From: Armatimonadota bacterium | GTDB lineage: Bacteria; Armatimonadota; HRBIN16 | Length of the DNA: 64,000 nucleotides | Direction: 5' to 3' | Assembly: GCA_963677485.1 (NCBI GenBank) | Contig: OY781964.1 | Span: 4,256,001 to 4,320,000 of the forward strand | Part shown: positions 49,414-60,110 of the stretch, piece by piece | Layout of the letters: every line of letters starts with the position of its first letter | How positions within the stretch are numbered: the stretch's first letter is position 1 | The notes under the pieces: generated by a model | Database searches by the model: none | What the model saw: only the letters and a program-made list of their open reading frames with translations | Told to the model about the DNA's origin: nothing | Position numbers and translations under genes: made by a program

Positions 49414-50664
49414 ATGATTGACATTATAATGCCGAAAATGGGCGATGGGATGGAAGAAGGCGTCATCCTGCGATGGCTGAAGAAGCCTGGCGACAAGGTG
49501 GAGAACGGCGATTTGATTGCCGAGGTGGAGACCGACAAGGCCAGCGTCGATCTACCGTCGGATGTGGAAGGCATTCTAGTCGATGTGCTGATTACTGATG
49601 GTCAAAGTGCCCCTGTGGGTGCTGTCATCGCTCATTTGGGTAATCGCGATGAAATGGTCGTGCCACCGCAGCCTCCAGTGCCAGTCCAGCCGCCGGTTCC
49701 TGCACGACCAACGGTGGCAAGCCCACCTGCGCCTCATGTTGAAAAAGACAAAGAGGCACCGGTGGAACGTCACGAGGGGTCGAAAAGGGAGATCCGCGTA
49801 GTGGCATCGCCTTTGGCGAAGCGTATTGCCGCTGATAACGGCATTGACCTAAGCACGGTTCAAGGAACGGGGCCGAACGGCCGAATTGTGGAACACGATG
49901 TGCAGCAAGCCATGAAGAGCCGGAAAGCCCAGCCAGCAACGACACGCGGAGCCGTGCCGAAGGTGGCCGAACAGGGTCACAAGATCGTCCAGCCGATGAG
50001 CCGGATGCGTAAGCTGATTGCCGAACGAACCACCCAGACCAAACAAAATATCCCGCACTTTCAGGTGACTGTGTCGATCGATATGACGGCTGTACTGCTG
50101 CTCCGGACACAGTTGAACTCGGCGTCTGAAGAGCCGTCCGCTAAGCTGTCCGTGGGTGATTTCGTCACTAAAGCGACAGCGTTAGCCCTGGCCAAACACC
50201 AAGCTGTGAATGCTCTGTATGAAGATGATTCGATCGTGTATTGCGAGGATATCAATGTTGGATTCGCCGTCTCTATGCCTGACGGTCTGATCGTGCCGGT
50301 GATCAAACAGTGCCAGCATCTCTCACTACGCCAAATCAGCGCAGATACGAAGCGGCTGGCGGAAGCGGCCCGCAGTTTGAAAATCGCCCCCGATGAGATG
50401 ACCGACGCCACGTTCAGTATCAGCAACCTTGGGATGTTTGGTGTGGATGATTTCGTCGCGATCATCAACCCACCAGCAGTGGCCATCTTGGCAGTCGGCG
50501 GAATCCACAAGCAGCTGGTTGTGAATGATGATGACACGACAACGATCAAGAGCTTGATGCAGGTGACAGTTTCTGCCGACCACAGGGCCTTGGACGGAGC
50601 CGTAGTGGCTCAGTTCCTGAATACCCTCAAGGCCATCATGGAAAGCCCGTACAAGCTGCTGTAG
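49414..50664 (+). CDS. pdhC: Dihydrolipoamide acetyltransferase E2
   Basis: Lipoyl motif ETDKA, E3-binding ASPLAK..GTGPNGRI, DHRALDG. Confidence 0.93.
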   Translation: MIDIIMPKMGDGMEEGVILRWLKKPGDKVENGDLIAEVETDKASVDLPSDVEGILVDVLITDGQSAPVGAVIAHLGNRDEMVVPPQPPVPVQPPVPARPTVASPPAPHVEKDKEAPVERHEGSKREIRVVASPLAKRIAADNGIDLSTVQGTGPNGRIVEHDVQQAMKSRKAQPATTRGAVPKVAEQGHKIVQPMSRMRKLIAERTTQTKQNIPHFQVTVSIDMTAVLLLRTQLNSASEEPSAKLSVGDFVTKATALALAKHQAVNALYEDDSIVYCEDINVGFAVSMPDGLIVPVIKQCQHLSLRQISADTKRLAEAARSLKIAPDEMTDATFSISNLGMFGVDDFVAIINPPAVAILAVGGIHKQLVVNDDDTTTIKSLMQVTVSADHRALDGAVVAQFLNTLKAIMESPYKLL

Positions 50665-50687
50665 AGTGGTGTGGGGTCATACCAGCA

Positions 50688-50719
50688 GACAGGGGCGGCT
50701 AATTATAGCCGCCCCTGTC
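50688..50719. terminator. Hairpin after pdhC
   Basis: GACAGGGGCGGCTA-ATTA-TAGCCGCCCCTGTC. Confidence 0.7.
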
Positions 50720-50730
50720 CACTGGTATGC

Positions 50731-50871
50731 AACTGGTCGTAGGGGCGTCCCTTGTGGGCGCCCTGAATCCAAAATTATCGTATGAACAACGATTAGGGCG
50801 CCCACAAGGGACGCCCCTACGGCAGTATCAGTTACAGCCTAGGCTGCCGTGCATGCACGGGCGGGTGCTTG
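50731..50871. mobile_element. 141-bp REPIN-like element, copy 2
   Basis: Same length, arms and 3' tail as 41954-42094. Confidence 0.85.
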
Positions 50872-50889
50872 TATACCGGTGCTGTCTAT

Positions 50890-51501
50890 TTACGGATAAA
50901 TGGTCATGAGGTGGCGTAACAATGGCTGAGCCGCGGCCAGTGTTTTGGCGCGGTGGCTGATGGTGTTCTTCACTTCCATGCTTAGCTCCGCCATGGTGCA
51001 GCTCATATCTGGCAGGTAGAAAATGGGGTCGAAGCCAAACCCGGAATATCCAACCGGCTGAGTGTGGATGCGGCCGTTGCAGGTGTCTCGGAAGGTGTAT
51101 TCCGCACCGTCTGGGCAGCAGATGGCTACGCAACTCATAAAGCGCGCACCGCGCATCTCTTCGGGCACGTCAGTCAACATTTCCAGCATCCTGCCGATTT
51201 TGTGAGGCCATGATGAGCCTTCGCCCTCAAACCGCTTGCTGAAGATGCCCGGCTCACCGTTTAAGTGGGCTACTTCCAGGCCGCTGTCGTCGGCGATGCA
51301 TACGCATCCGGTGTGCTCCACGGCCGCGTGGGCCTTGATCAGCGCGTTCTCCAGGTAGTCGCTGCCGGTCTCCTCTGGCTCGGGGTAGGGTGGAAAATCC
51401 GCAAGAGTGAGTATCTCCAAACCCTCAGCCACGAGTTGCGAGAGGATGGCGGTCATCTCCTGGCCTTTTTTTACATTATTCGTGGCCACTACCAGTTTCA
51501 T
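50890..51501 (-). CDS. rdgB: Non-canonical purine NTP pyrophosphatase
   Basis: ATNN.KK, ENALIKA, ADDSGL, GFGFDPIF, KNTISHR. Confidence 0.95.
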   Translation of the reverse strand: MKLVVATNNVKKGQEMTAILSQLVAEGLEILTLADFPPYPEPEETGSDYLENALIKAHAAVEHTGCVCIADDSGLEVAHLNGEPGIFSKRFEGEGSSWPHKIGRMLEMLTDVPEEMRGARFMSCVAICCPDGAEYTFRDTCNGRIHTQPVGYSGFGFDPIFYLPDMSCTMAELSMEVKNTISHRAKTLAAAQPLLRHLMTIYP

Positions 51502-52233
51502 CTATGAGTTCAAAGCCTCTTTGAGTGCATTGTTTTGTGCTTCCACTATGTCCGCAATGCCGCCCTGAGCCAAATCCAGCAGGCTGTTCAGGCGTTCCCG
51601 AGAGAAGGGTAGACCTTCTGCGGTGCCTTGAACCTCTACGATCTTGTTCTTGGCGGTCATGATGACATTCATGTCTACCTGAGCGGTGCTGTCTTCATCA
51701 TAACAAAGGTCCAGCATGTCGGTGCCACCCACTATACCTACAGAGATCGCGGCCACTTGGTCGATCAGCACAGGATGCTTCAGCATCTTGCGCTTTTTCA
51801 TCACGCTGAGTGCCTGAGCGAGTGCGATGAACCCGCCGCTGATAGAGGCGGTTCGGGTGCCGCCGTCGGCTTGGATGACATCGCAGTCGATTGTGATGGT
51901 CCGTTCGCCAAGAAGGTCAAGGTTGACCACTGACCGTAAGCTTCGGCCAATCAGCCGCTGTATCTCCAGACTGCGCCCATTGGGGCTGTTACGGCTGCTG
52001 TCGCGCTGTGTGCGCTGACGGCAACTCCGGGGCAGCATGGAATATTCGGCTGTGACCCATCCGGTACCGGAGTTTCTCAGATGCGGTGGGACTCTCTCTT
52101 CGACGGATGCGGTGCAGATCACTTTCGTGTTGCCAAACTCAATCTGGCAGGAACCTTCTGCATACATCATGTTGCCGATGGTGATGGTAAGGGGGCGGAG
52201 AGAAGATGGGGATCGTCCGTCTATTCTAGGCAT
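51502..52233 (-). CDS. rph: Ribonuclease PH
   Basis: GWVTAEYSMLPR, EIQRLIGRSLR, QADGGTRTASI. Confidence 0.97.
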   Translation of the reverse strand: MPRIDGRSPSSLRPLTITIGNMMYAEGSCQIEFGNTKVICTASVEERVPPHLRNSGTGWVTAEYSMLPRSCRQRTQRDSSRNSPNGRSLEIQRLIGRSLRSVVNLDLLGERTITIDCDVIQADGGTRTASISGGFIALAQALSVMKKRKMLKHPVLIDQVAAISVGIVGGTDMLDLCYDEDSTAQVDMNVIMTAKNKIVEVQGTAEGLPFSRERLNSLLDLAQGGIADIVEAQNNALKEALNS

Positions 52234-52254
52234 TCTGGTTAGTCTATCTCCAAT

Positions 52255-52289
52255 AAAAAGCGCCGTCTGGTTTTGTTTCAGACGGCGCT
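52255..52289 (-). terminator. Intrinsic terminator after the ANTAR regulator gene
   Basis: AGCGCCGTCTG-N9-CAGACGGCGCT followed by a T-tract on the minus strand. Confidence 0.75.
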
Positions 52290-52306
52290 GTAGTGCTCGT
52301 TCGGAA

Positions 52307-52891
52307 CTACATTAAGTCGGCTGCTGTGATGATACTGTCAGCGATCTCTTTCATCTTTTTATGCTGGCTGCGGGCCTGGAAGTGAATCTTCTTGAAAGCC
52401 TCTTCTTCGGTTAAGCCCAGACGCTGCATGAGGATGCCTTTGGCTCGCTCAATGACCTTCCGTGTTTCAAGGGCCTCTTTCAGCTCGTCTACTTCGCGCT
52501 GTCGAGCCTGCACCTCGTTATACCGCTTCATGGCTACTAGCAGGGCAGGGCCTAAATCGTCTGTGCGGAAAGGCTTCATGAGGTAGCCAAAAGCACCCAA
52601 TTCCGATGCTGCCGACACGAACTCTTCTTGATTATAGCCAGTTAAAAATACGATGGCACATGAGTGCTGCTGTACGATTTGCCGAGCGGCATCCAATCCA
52701 TCCATGACGGGCATTTGAATATCCATAATGATGAGTTCAGGGTGTTCTTTGAGAGCGATTTCGATTGCTTGTTCACCATCTGCGGCTTCGCCAACAACTT
52801 GGTGACCTAGTGACTGCAAGCGAGCTTTCAGCATCTCGCGGATAAGTTGGTCGTCATCAGCGATTAGAATTTTATATCCGGCCATTGTCAT
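52307..52891 (-). CDS. ANTAR-domain response regulator (RNA-binding antiterminator)
   Basis: Receiver domain (ADDD, MDIQMP, KPF) plus ETRKVIERAKGILM...EEEAF. Confidence 0.93.
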   Translation of the reverse strand: MTMAGYKILIADDDQLIREMLKARLQSLGHQVVGEAADGEQAIEIALKEHPELIIMDIQMPVMDGLDAARQIVQQHSCAIVFLTGYNQEEFVSAASELGAFGYLMKPFRTDDLGPALLVAMKRYNEVQARQREVDELKEALETRKVIERAKGILMQRLGLTEEEAFKKIHFQARSQHKKMKEIADSIITAADLM

Positions 52892-53113
52892 TCCTTCTAT
52901 CTTGGAGTGAGTCTCTATATTGCGGCTCGATCTAGTTCAAATGGACACCTTACGAAACAATGTTACCATACCGCTAGTTCATTATCCAACACATTTTAGC
53001 ATAATTGGTAATTTCTTTCTGAAACAGGCGGTATGTAAATAACATTCACGGCATCAACGCTTGAATCACCACTTGTTGGGGACTATCACAAACTCGACGT
53101 CCCCTCATGATGA

Positions 53114-55837
53114 TCAATCATTATCATTCTGCGACTTCAATTCCGCCATGTGTCTGGCACTGCGCCAGACAACCTTATCGATTTCGACGATGGCCATACA
53201 AGCTAATGTAACGCCGATGATATATGACCAAGCACCAAAGGGTATGGATGCCGTGCTGAAGATATTCTGCATTACGGTCAGGTTGACAAACGCATACTGG
53301 AGCAGCAGCATTGTAATCACGCTGACATGAATCCACTTATTACTGAAGAACGGAATTTCAAAGATTGACTTGAACCGCGAGCGGGCGCAGAACAAGAACC
53401 CGATTTCAATGCCAACTACAGTGGTGGCTGCAATAGACTGCGACTGAGGGATGGAGAGGCCCTGGTGGCGATGGAAGTAGTCATACAGGGACAGTCCGCC
53501 AGCCAGCATCATCACCGAAACCATCAGGATGCGCAGCATCAGGTCCAAGGGAAGCAGTGGTTCGTTCGGCTTCTTGGGCGGCCGCAGCATCAGACCCCGC
53601 TCTTTGGGCTCAAAAGCCAGCGAGGTTCCCAGCACTACCGCTGTGATCAGGTTGATCCACAAAATCTGAGCCGGGGAGACGGCTGGCGATTGGCCGGTGA
53701 ATACCGAATATAGAATCAACAGCCCAAGCCCACCGTTCGTTGGCAGCGACCAACTGATGAACTTACGAAGGTTATCAAATACACCGCGCCCTTCCTCCAC
53801 AGCCGCTGCGATGGAGGCGAAGTTGTCATCCGCCAGTACCATATCCGAGGCGTCCTTGGCCGCTTCTGTGCCGGTGATGCCCATGGATATGCCGATGTCG
53901 GCCTTTTTCAACGCTGGTGCGTCATTCACACCATCACCGGTCATGGCCACAATCTCGCCTAAAGACTGCAGGGCATTTACCAAATTGAGCTTCTGCTCTG
54001 GTGCTACTCTTGCGAAGACGTGGGTCTTGCTTGCTACCGTAGGCAGGTAGTCGTCCGGGACGCTCTCCAGCTCCTTACCTGTCATGAGACGTATCTCGTT
54101 CTCATCGGCCAGGCCGCATTGGACGGCAATCGCTTTGGCCGTCAATGGATGATCACCGGTGATCATCTTGACCGTGATCCCAGCCTCACGACAGAGTTTG
54201 ACTGCGGAAATAGCCTCTTCACGTGGTGGGTCGATCATGCCGATCAGCCCGATGAAGATGAGTTGATCCAGTATCTCGTCACCCTCCAGATGCTGCAGGT
54301 GAGCGGCTGGCTTCAGGGCAACGGCAAGCACACGGATGCCCTTGTTGGCCATCCCGGCTGCCTGTTCGTTCCAGTAATCCTCGTCAAGCTCCTCCGTCTG
54401 CAGGTCCGCTGTGTATTGGTAACGACAGCGTGTCAGCAGGCGCTCGATGGAGCCTTTGACACAGATGTGTACCCCATCTGGAGTGTTGTTGAGGGTGGCC
54501 ATATACTGGCGTTCCGATTCAAACGGAATGGTGTCAAGGCGCGTATATTGGTCTTCCTGACCCTCAGCGGGCAGGTGCAGTTTGGCGGCCAGTGTCAACA
54601 GCGAACCTTCCGTTGGGTCTCCTTCGATGCACCAGCGGCCATCGGTCTGTACAAGCCGTGCATCATTGCACAAACCGGAGGCGATCACGCAATGTGAAGT
54701 CAGCTTGGGCAGTACATCCAACGTCTTACCATCAAGCGAAACATGCCCTTCTGGCGCATACCCTTTTCCCGTGACCGCGAAGTCACCATCCGAGGTGCAG
54801 ATGCGTACCACCGTCATGGCGTTTTGTGTGAGTGTGCCCGTTTTATCGGTGCAGATGACCGTCGTGCTACCCAGTGTTTCGACGGCCGGCAACTTGCGGA
54901 TGATGGCGTGACGGTTCGCCATATAGGTGACGCCGATCGCCAGAACTATTGTGACAGCCGCAGGCAGACCTTCCGGGATGGCGGCGACCGCCAAGGCGAC
55001 TGCGGCGATAAAGACCTTCGAAAAAGGCTGGCCATTCACGATGCCGAAAACGAAGGAGATCACCGCGAAGAAGCAGATAGTCCAAGTCAGGAAGATGCTC
55101 ACACCCGCCAGCTTTTGGGTGAGGGGGGTATCATGCTTTTTAGCCGTATCCACCATAGTGGATATCTTGCCAAGTTCAGTCGCAGCGGCGGTTTCTACCA
55201 CGATGCCGGATCCGGTGCCGTAGGTGATCAGCGTGCCACTGTAAGCCATATTACTGCGGTCTGCCAGCACCGCTCCAGAACCAAGTGAACCGGTGTTCTT
55301 TTCGGAGGGCACCGATTCGCCGGTCAGCATCGCCTCTTCTATCTTCAGATCGCGCAGCTTTACCAACCGGAGGTCGGCCGGCACACGGTCACCGCTCGCC
55401 AGCATCACCACATCACCACGTACAAGCAGTTTGGTGGGGATCTTCTGTGCCACACCATCACGCACTACCGTGCATTCTGCGCTGAGCAGTTTGCCTAAAG
55501 CCGCGATCGCATTGACGGCTTTGCGTTCTTGAATGAACCCGATCAATGCATTCAGAAGCACAACGGCCAGTATGACGCCAAACTCGGTGTAGTCTTTCAG
55601 TATAAAGGTGACGAAGGCACTACCGATCAGAACATACATCAACGGGTCGTTGAGTTGCTGCAGGAAGGCGATATATGCTGGTGTCTCTCGTTTCTTCTTT
55701 AGCTCGTTCGGTCCTTGATTTTTTAACCGGGTATCGGCGTCTAGTGCAGTAAGGCCAGTTTCACAGCTCGTATTCAAGCTCTTCTCCACGGCTTCTACGT
55801 CGCAGGCGTGCCACGGCTGGGCGTTTAGGTTCGGCAT
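53114..55837 (-). CDS. Cation-transporting P-type ATPase (P2A-like)
   Basis: LTGES, IPEGLP, DKTGTLT, MITGDH, TGDGVNDAPAL. ATG at 55837 has AGGAG upstream. Confidence 0.95.
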   Translation of the reverse strand: MPNLNAQPWHACDVEAVEKSLNTSCETGLTALDADTRLKNQGPNELKKKRETPAYIAFLQQLNDPLMYVLIGSAFVTFILKDYTEFGVILAVVLLNALIGFIQERKAVNAIAALGKLLSAECTVVRDGVAQKIPTKLLVRGDVVMLASGDRVPADLRLVKLRDLKIEEAMLTGESVPSEKNTGSLGSGAVLADRSNMAYSGTLITYGTGSGIVVETAAATELGKISTMVDTAKKHDTPLTQKLAGVSIFLTWTICFFAVISFVFGIVNGQPFSKVFIAAVALAVAAIPEGLPAAVTIVLAIGVTYMANRHAIIRKLPAVETLGSTTVICTDKTGTLTQNAMTVVRICTSDGDFAVTGKGYAPEGHVSLDGKTLDVLPKLTSHCVIASGLCNDARLVQTDGRWCIEGDPTEGSLLTLAAKLHLPAEGQEDQYTRLDTIPFESERQYMATLNNTPDGVHICVKGSIERLLTRCRYQYTADLQTEELDEDYWNEQAAGMANKGIRVLAVALKPAAHLQHLEGDEILDQLIFIGLIGMIDPPREEAISAVKLCREAGITVKMITGDHPLTAKAIAVQCGLADENEIRLMTGKELESVPDDYLPTVASKTHVFARVAPEQKLNLVNALQSLGEIVAMTGDGVNDAPALKKADIGISMGITGTEAAKDASDMVLADDNFASIAAAVEEGRGVFDNLRKFISWSLPTNGGLGLLILYSVFTGQSPAVSPAQILWINLITAVVLGTSLAFEPKERGLMLRPPKKPNEPLLPLDLMLRILMVSVMMLAGGLSLYDYFHRHQGLSIPQSQSIAATTVVGIEIGFLFCARSRFKSIFEIPFFSNKWIHVSVITMLLLQYAFVNLTVMQNIFSTASIPFGAWSYIIGVTLACMAIVEIDKVVWRSARHMAELKSQNDND

Positions 55838-55969
55838 GCTGTCTCCTTGAGAGGTGATAATACATACATTGTACAGGTGAAATGGGAACCCTATCATGGT
55901 GATATGGGGTAATATTGATAAGAAGACAAGTGCTAACGCTGAATGCAAGCACAATATAAGGAGATACAG

Positions 55970-56494
55970 ATGATCACGAAGAAAATGGGCGACGCCCTTA
56001 ATGAGCAGGTGAACAAGGAGTTTTACTCTGCTTACCTATATCTCGCGATGTCAGCTTGGTTCCACAACAAGGGTTTGGATGGTTTCGCAAACTGGATGCG
56101 GATTCAATTTCAAGAAGAGCAAGCGCATGCACTCCGTTTCTATGATTTCTTGATAGAGCGGGACTTTGAAGTGGAATTGCTTGCGATCGACCGACCAACC
56201 AACACATGGGAATCACCATTGGATGCCTTCAAGGCCGTTCTAGAGCATGAGCAGTACATCACCGGCCGAATCAACATGCTCTCAGACATCGCGATCGAGC
56301 AGAAGGACCACGCTACACGATCGATGCTGGTTTGGTTTGTCGACGAGCAGGTCGAAGAAGAGAAGAACGCCAATGATATCATCAACCAGTTGAAGCTGAT
56401 TGGTGACAACGGATATGGATTGTTGATGCTTGATAAAGAATTGGCATTACGGGTATTCGTCGCACCGACCTTCGGGCAGGGGCCAGCGGCCTAA
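55970..56494 (+). CDS. ftnA: Non-haem ferritin
   Basis: LNEQVNKEFYSAYLY, EEQAHA, WFVDEQVEEE. Confidence 0.93.
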   Translation: MITKKMGDALNEQVNKEFYSAYLYLAMSAWFHNKGLDGFANWMRIQFQEEQAHALRFYDFLIERDFEVELLAIDRPTNTWESPLDAFKAVLEHEQYITGRINMLSDIAIEQKDHATRSMLVWFVDEQVEEEKNANDIINQLKLIGDNGYGLLMLDKELALRVFVAPTFGQGPAA

Positions 56495-56508
56495 ATCTCT
56501 CCGGTCAT

Positions 56509-56539
56509 GAGTGTGCAGGGAGGATTTCTCTGCACACTC
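56509..56539 (+). terminator. Hairpin after the ferritin gene
   Basis: GAGTGTGCAG...CTGCACACTC. Confidence 0.6.
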
Positions 56540-56609
56540 GTATTATAATAGCTATGAGCATCGATAATCATACTCTGCTCGGTATCATCACATAAGAGGA
56601 ATTAGAGAT

Positions 56610-58400
56610 ATGCCAGAAGTTAAGAACCGACTGATTAGGACGGTACCAAAGGTTGGTATCCGCCCGACGATAGATGGCCGATACGGCGGCCCGCGTGAAG
56701 CTCTGGAAAGCCAGTGCTTGCAGATGGCCCGCTTGGTTGCCGATTTCATACAGGCAGAGGTCCGTACCGCTGACGGGCAGCCTGCAGAGTGTGTGATTGC
56801 CGATAGCTGTATCGGCGGATTTGCAGAGGCGGCAGCCTGCGCCGAGAAGTTCGACCGCGCCGGCGTGGGTGTCTCGCTGACCGTGACGCCTTGCTGGTGT
56901 TATGGCTCAGAGACGATGGATTTGGACCCAATCCGCCCGAAAGCCATTTGGGGATTTAACGGAACCGAGCGTCCGGGTGCTGTCTACCTGGCGGCCGCTT
57001 TGGCCGCTCATTCGCAAAAGGGTATCCCTGCTTTCGGTATCTACGGCCGAGACGTGCAGGATGCCGGTGACACTACGATCCCTGCCGATGTGCAGCAGAA
57101 GATCCTCCGATTCATCAAGGCCGGTCTCGCAGTCGCTGAGATGCGTGGGAAGGCATATGTCAGCCTTGGAAGCGTCTCGATGGGCATCGCGGGCAGTGTT
57201 GTTAACCCCGACTTTTTCCAGGAGTATCTCGGTATCCGCTGCGAGTATGTGGATATGATTGAGCTTCTGCGCCGTATGGAGCGTGGTGTTTATGACCATG
57301 CGGAATATGATAAAGCGATGGCTTGGGTGAAGGCCAACTGCAAGCAGGGCGAGAACCGCAACAAACCCGAAAAGCAACGCAGCGCGGAGCAGCTTGAGGG
57401 CGACTGGCAGCGCAGCGTTCTGATGGCGATGATCGCACGCGATATCATGGTGGGTAACCCCAACCTGGCGATCGATGGATATTACGAAGAGGCGAGGGGA
57501 CGCAACGCCATCGCCGGTGGATTCCAGGGACAGCGTCAATGGACAGACCACATCACCAACGGTGACTTCATGGAAGCCATGCTCTGCAGCTCCTTTGACT
57601 GGAACGGCATCCGGCAGCCGTTTGTGATGGCGACCGAGAATGACAGCCTGAACGGTGTGGCGATGCTGCTTTGCCACCAGTTGACCGGCAAAGCCGCGAT
57701 GTTCAGCGATGTTCGGACCTTCTGGAGCCCCGATGCAGTGAAGCGGGTCACCGGCCATACTCTGGACGGTCATGCCGCGAATGGCATCATCCACCTCATC
57801 AACAGCGGTGCCAGCGCGCTGGACTGGAGCGGAGCTTCGGTGGCGAATGGCCAGCACTGTCTGAAGAACTGGTGGGAGATGACAGAATCCGACGTCAAGG
57901 CCTGCTTGGATGCCACCAAATGGTGTCCGGCTAACACCGAATACTTCCGAGGCGGCGGCTATTCCAGCAACTTTGAGTCCGCTGGCGGTATGCCTTGCAC
58001 GATGGTGCGTATGAATATGGTGAAGGGCCTCGGACCTGTGCTGCAAATCGCCGAGGGCTACACCGTGCAGCTTCCAGGCGAAGTAAACATGGTGCTGACC
58101 GAACGCACCGACCCGACCTGGCCTACCACCTGGTTTGCTCCAAGGGTGACCGGTGAGGGTGCCTTCAAGGACGCTTATAGCGTGATGAGCAACTGGGGAG
58201 CCAACCACGGAGCTATCAGCTACGGTCATATCGGAGCGGATCTGCTGACGATGGCCAGCATGCTGCGAATTCCAGTAGACATGCATAATGTGCCCGAGGC
58301 CGATGTGTATCGACCGTCAGCCTGGGCCCGCTTCGGAACCAGCGAGCTGGAGGGTGCAGACTACCGAGCCTGCGCCGCCTACGGCCCGTTGTATAAGTAG
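56610..58400 (+). CDS. fucI: L-fucose (D-arabinose) isomerase
   Basis: [45 protein letters not shown]. Confidence 0.97.
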   Translation: MPEVKNRLIRTVPKVGIRPTIDGRYGGPREALESQCLQMARLVADFIQAEVRTADGQPAECVIADSCIGGFAEAAACAEKFDRAGVGVSLTVTPCWCYGSETMDLDPIRPKAIWGFNGTERPGAVYLAAALAAHSQKGIPAFGIYGRDVQDAGDTTIPADVQQKILRFIKAGLAVAEMRGKAYVSLGSVSMGIAGSVVNPDFFQEYLGIRCEYVDMIELLRRMERGVYDHAEYDKAMAWVKANCKQGENRNKPEKQRSAEQLEGDWQRSVLMAMIARDIMVGNPNLAIDGYYEEARGRNAIAGGFQGQRQWTDHITNGDFMEAMLCSSFDWNGIRQPFVMATENDSLNGVAMLLCHQLTGKAAMFSDVRTFWSPDAVKRVTGHTLDGHAANGIIHLINSGASALDWSGASVANGQHCLKNWWEMTESDVKACLDATKWCPANTEYFRGGGYSSNFESAGGMPCTMVRMNMVKGLGPVLQIAEGYTVQLPGEVNMVLTERTDPTWPTTWFAPRVTGEGAFKDAYSVMSNWGANHGAISYGHIGADLLTMASMLRIPVDMHNVPEADVYRPSAWARFGTSELEGADYRACAAYGPLYK

Positions 58401-58463
58401 CGATTCATTAAGGGGGTAACCGCCATCAGTTACCCCCGGCTATGCATCTAGGTCGACCACTTG

Positions 58464-58633
58464 GTTGGCTATGTCCGGGGCGGTCTGTCAGTACGCTTGC
58501 GAGGGCCGCTGCTTATAGACCGCGCCGGTCTTGTTCACGACACCAAGCATACATGGCTAACCGCCAGACTAGCGCGGTCTCGAGCCTTCTGCAACCGTTA
58601 GCCTACGCACAGACCGCCCCGGACATTGGCAAC
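58464..58633. mobile_element. MITE/REPIN-like element with nested inverted repeats
   Basis: Perfect 18-bp IR ATGTCCGGGGCGGTCTGT (58471-58488) / ACAGACCGCCCCGGACAT (58609-58626). Inner IR AGACCGCGCCGGTCT / AGACTAGCGCGGTCT. GGCTAACCGCCAGAC is the reverse complement of 4605-4619. Confidence 0.7.
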
Positions 58634-58677
58634 TCTTGCAGGTTCATGGAAACCCACATCACACCATCCTTGCGATC

Positions 58678-59493
58678 TTATAACCTCTGGCAGACGGGGC
58701 AGATGTAGCTCGTGGTGCTGCCTGTTTTGATCTGCTCAATGGCATGGCCGCAGAGCGAGCAGCTTCCATTCTCTTTGTAGCCGACCAAAAAGTCGTCTAT
58801 TGTGAACTCGCCAGGGTTGCCATAGATGTCCTTCTCGTAGGAGAAGGCTCCTTTAGCTTCCGACCGCCTGAGCGTATCCAAAATGCTGTGATAGAGCTGT
58901 GTGAACTGCTGTTCGCTGATATCGGAGATCGTGGTTTGCGGGTGCAGTCGGGCTGTGAACAAGATGTCGTGCATGTACATATTGCCGATTCCGCTGATGT
59001 TCTTTTGATCCAACAAAAAGGGCTTGATCTGCGTCCGTTTGCCGGTGAATAGCCGTCTGAAATACTCGTAAGTAAATCCTTCGTCGAAAGGGTCTATCGC
59101 GATACTGCAGGTGTTAGCCTCCGTCGGCAAGGCATCATCCGACACGAGCAGAAACCGGCCAAACCACCAAAACCGGATGGTGAAGCATGTTCCGTCATCA
59201 AAATCCAGCTTGATCTGGTATTTCGCGTCTGTCGTGGATTCGTTCAGATAGAGCAGATCGCCACCCATCCCAAGCGAAAGCAGCATGTTCTCATGGTTCT
59301 CCAATTTGATGACGAACCATTTGCCTTTATTCTGAACACCAGCGATTTTCGTCCCGTGGCATCTCCTCTGGAACTCTTCGGGAGGGATGTTCAGGCACTT
59401 CTCCTGAAGCAGATGCAGGTGCTGAATCCGCTTGCCGGAGAGTTCGGCGTCCATCTGTCTGCGGAACTTGTGGATTTCGGGTAGTTCAGCCAT
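58678..59493 (-). CDS. Fpg/Nei-family DNA glycosylase (atypical N-terminus)
   Basis: MAELPEI, KGKW, LGMGG, H2TH LLDQ..ISGIGN.Y, C-terminal C4 zinc finger. Confidence 0.9.
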   Translation of the reverse strand: MAELPEIHKFRRQMDAELSGKRIQHLHLLQEKCLNIPPEEFQRRCHGTKIAGVQNKGKWFVIKLENHENMLLSLGMGGDLLYLNESTTDAKYQIKLDFDDGTCFTIRFWWFGRFLLVSDDALPTEANTCSIAIDPFDEGFTYEYFRRLFTGKRTQIKPFLLDQKNISGIGNMYMHDILFTARLHPQTTISDISEQQFTQLYHSILDTLRRSEAKGAFSYEKDIYGNPGEFTIDDFLVGYKENGSCSLCGHAIEQIKTGSTTSYICPVCQRL

Positions 59494-59511
59494 CAACTTG
59501 CCTCCATGAGT

Positions 59512-60039
59512 TTAGGGCAGGAACCGAGCGGTCGCGATGGATTTACCGGTAGCCGTTCGGAAATTCATAACGATGTATTTCGCCAATTCGGGCTTGTTAT
59601 TTCGGATATCCATCCCTTCCACGTTGACCAGAAGGTCCGCATCCCATTGCACCTGGAAATCGCGCCCATCGATGTAGGCCGGGGAATGGTGGTGCCGGAC
59701 GATGTAGCAGACGCGTGCTATGAAGCTTTCTTCATACCCCAGGTCGGTCAGTATCTGTCGGGCGATAATCGGCCCCTCGATCTCTTGGTACTGGGCCTCA
59801 GAGGATCCGTGCTTCCGCTTCGCTTCCAGCACACCGATGTCATGCAGGATCACGGTGGTTGTGATCAACTCCCTCTCATAACCCTGGATACCTTCGCCAT
59901 CCATAATCGCCTCTGCATCTTTGAGCACGGCAAGGGTGTGCTCGATTCCATACGGTGCATCTCGAAACAGTTCCTTCATGGCGGCGATCACTTGATCATG
60001 TGGCATTGGGTCTCTCCTGAGTGGTGATTGTTCTTCCAT
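59512..60039 (-). CDS. HD-domain protein
   Basis: IEHT, ILHDIG, VRHHH, DAD. Confidence 0.88.
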   Translation of the reverse strand: MEEQSPLRRDPMPHDQVIAAMKELFRDAPYGIEHTLAVLKDAEAIMDGEGIQGYERELITTTVILHDIGVLEAKRKHGSSEAQYQEIEGPIIARQILTDLGYEESFIARVCYIVRHHHSPAYIDGRDFQVQWDADLLVNVEGMDIRNNKPELAKYIVMNFRTATGKSIATARFLP

Positions 60040-60110
60040 AGTATACGCCGGGTTTGGACTGTTGTAAAACAGGCTCCAGGGCTCGTCACATGGGACAGAC
60101 GGCCCCGTGC

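Noticed and set aside
47399-50664. pdh operon lacking the E3 (lpdA) gene; pst operon lacking phoU
   Set aside because: Both genes are commonly encoded elsewhere in bacterial genomes.
52255-52310. Possible ANTAR antitermination site at the terminator between the ANTAR gene and rph
   Set aside because: Candidate hexaloops (AACGAG, AGCGCC) have only 1-2-bp stems, which is not enough support.
56907-58286. 459-aa antisense ORF, and similar ones at 40861-41829, 28072-28887, 8853-9605 and 26445-27131
   Set aside because: Each lies opposite a well-supported gene and has no recognisable motifs. This is the usual shadow of GC-biased codon usage.
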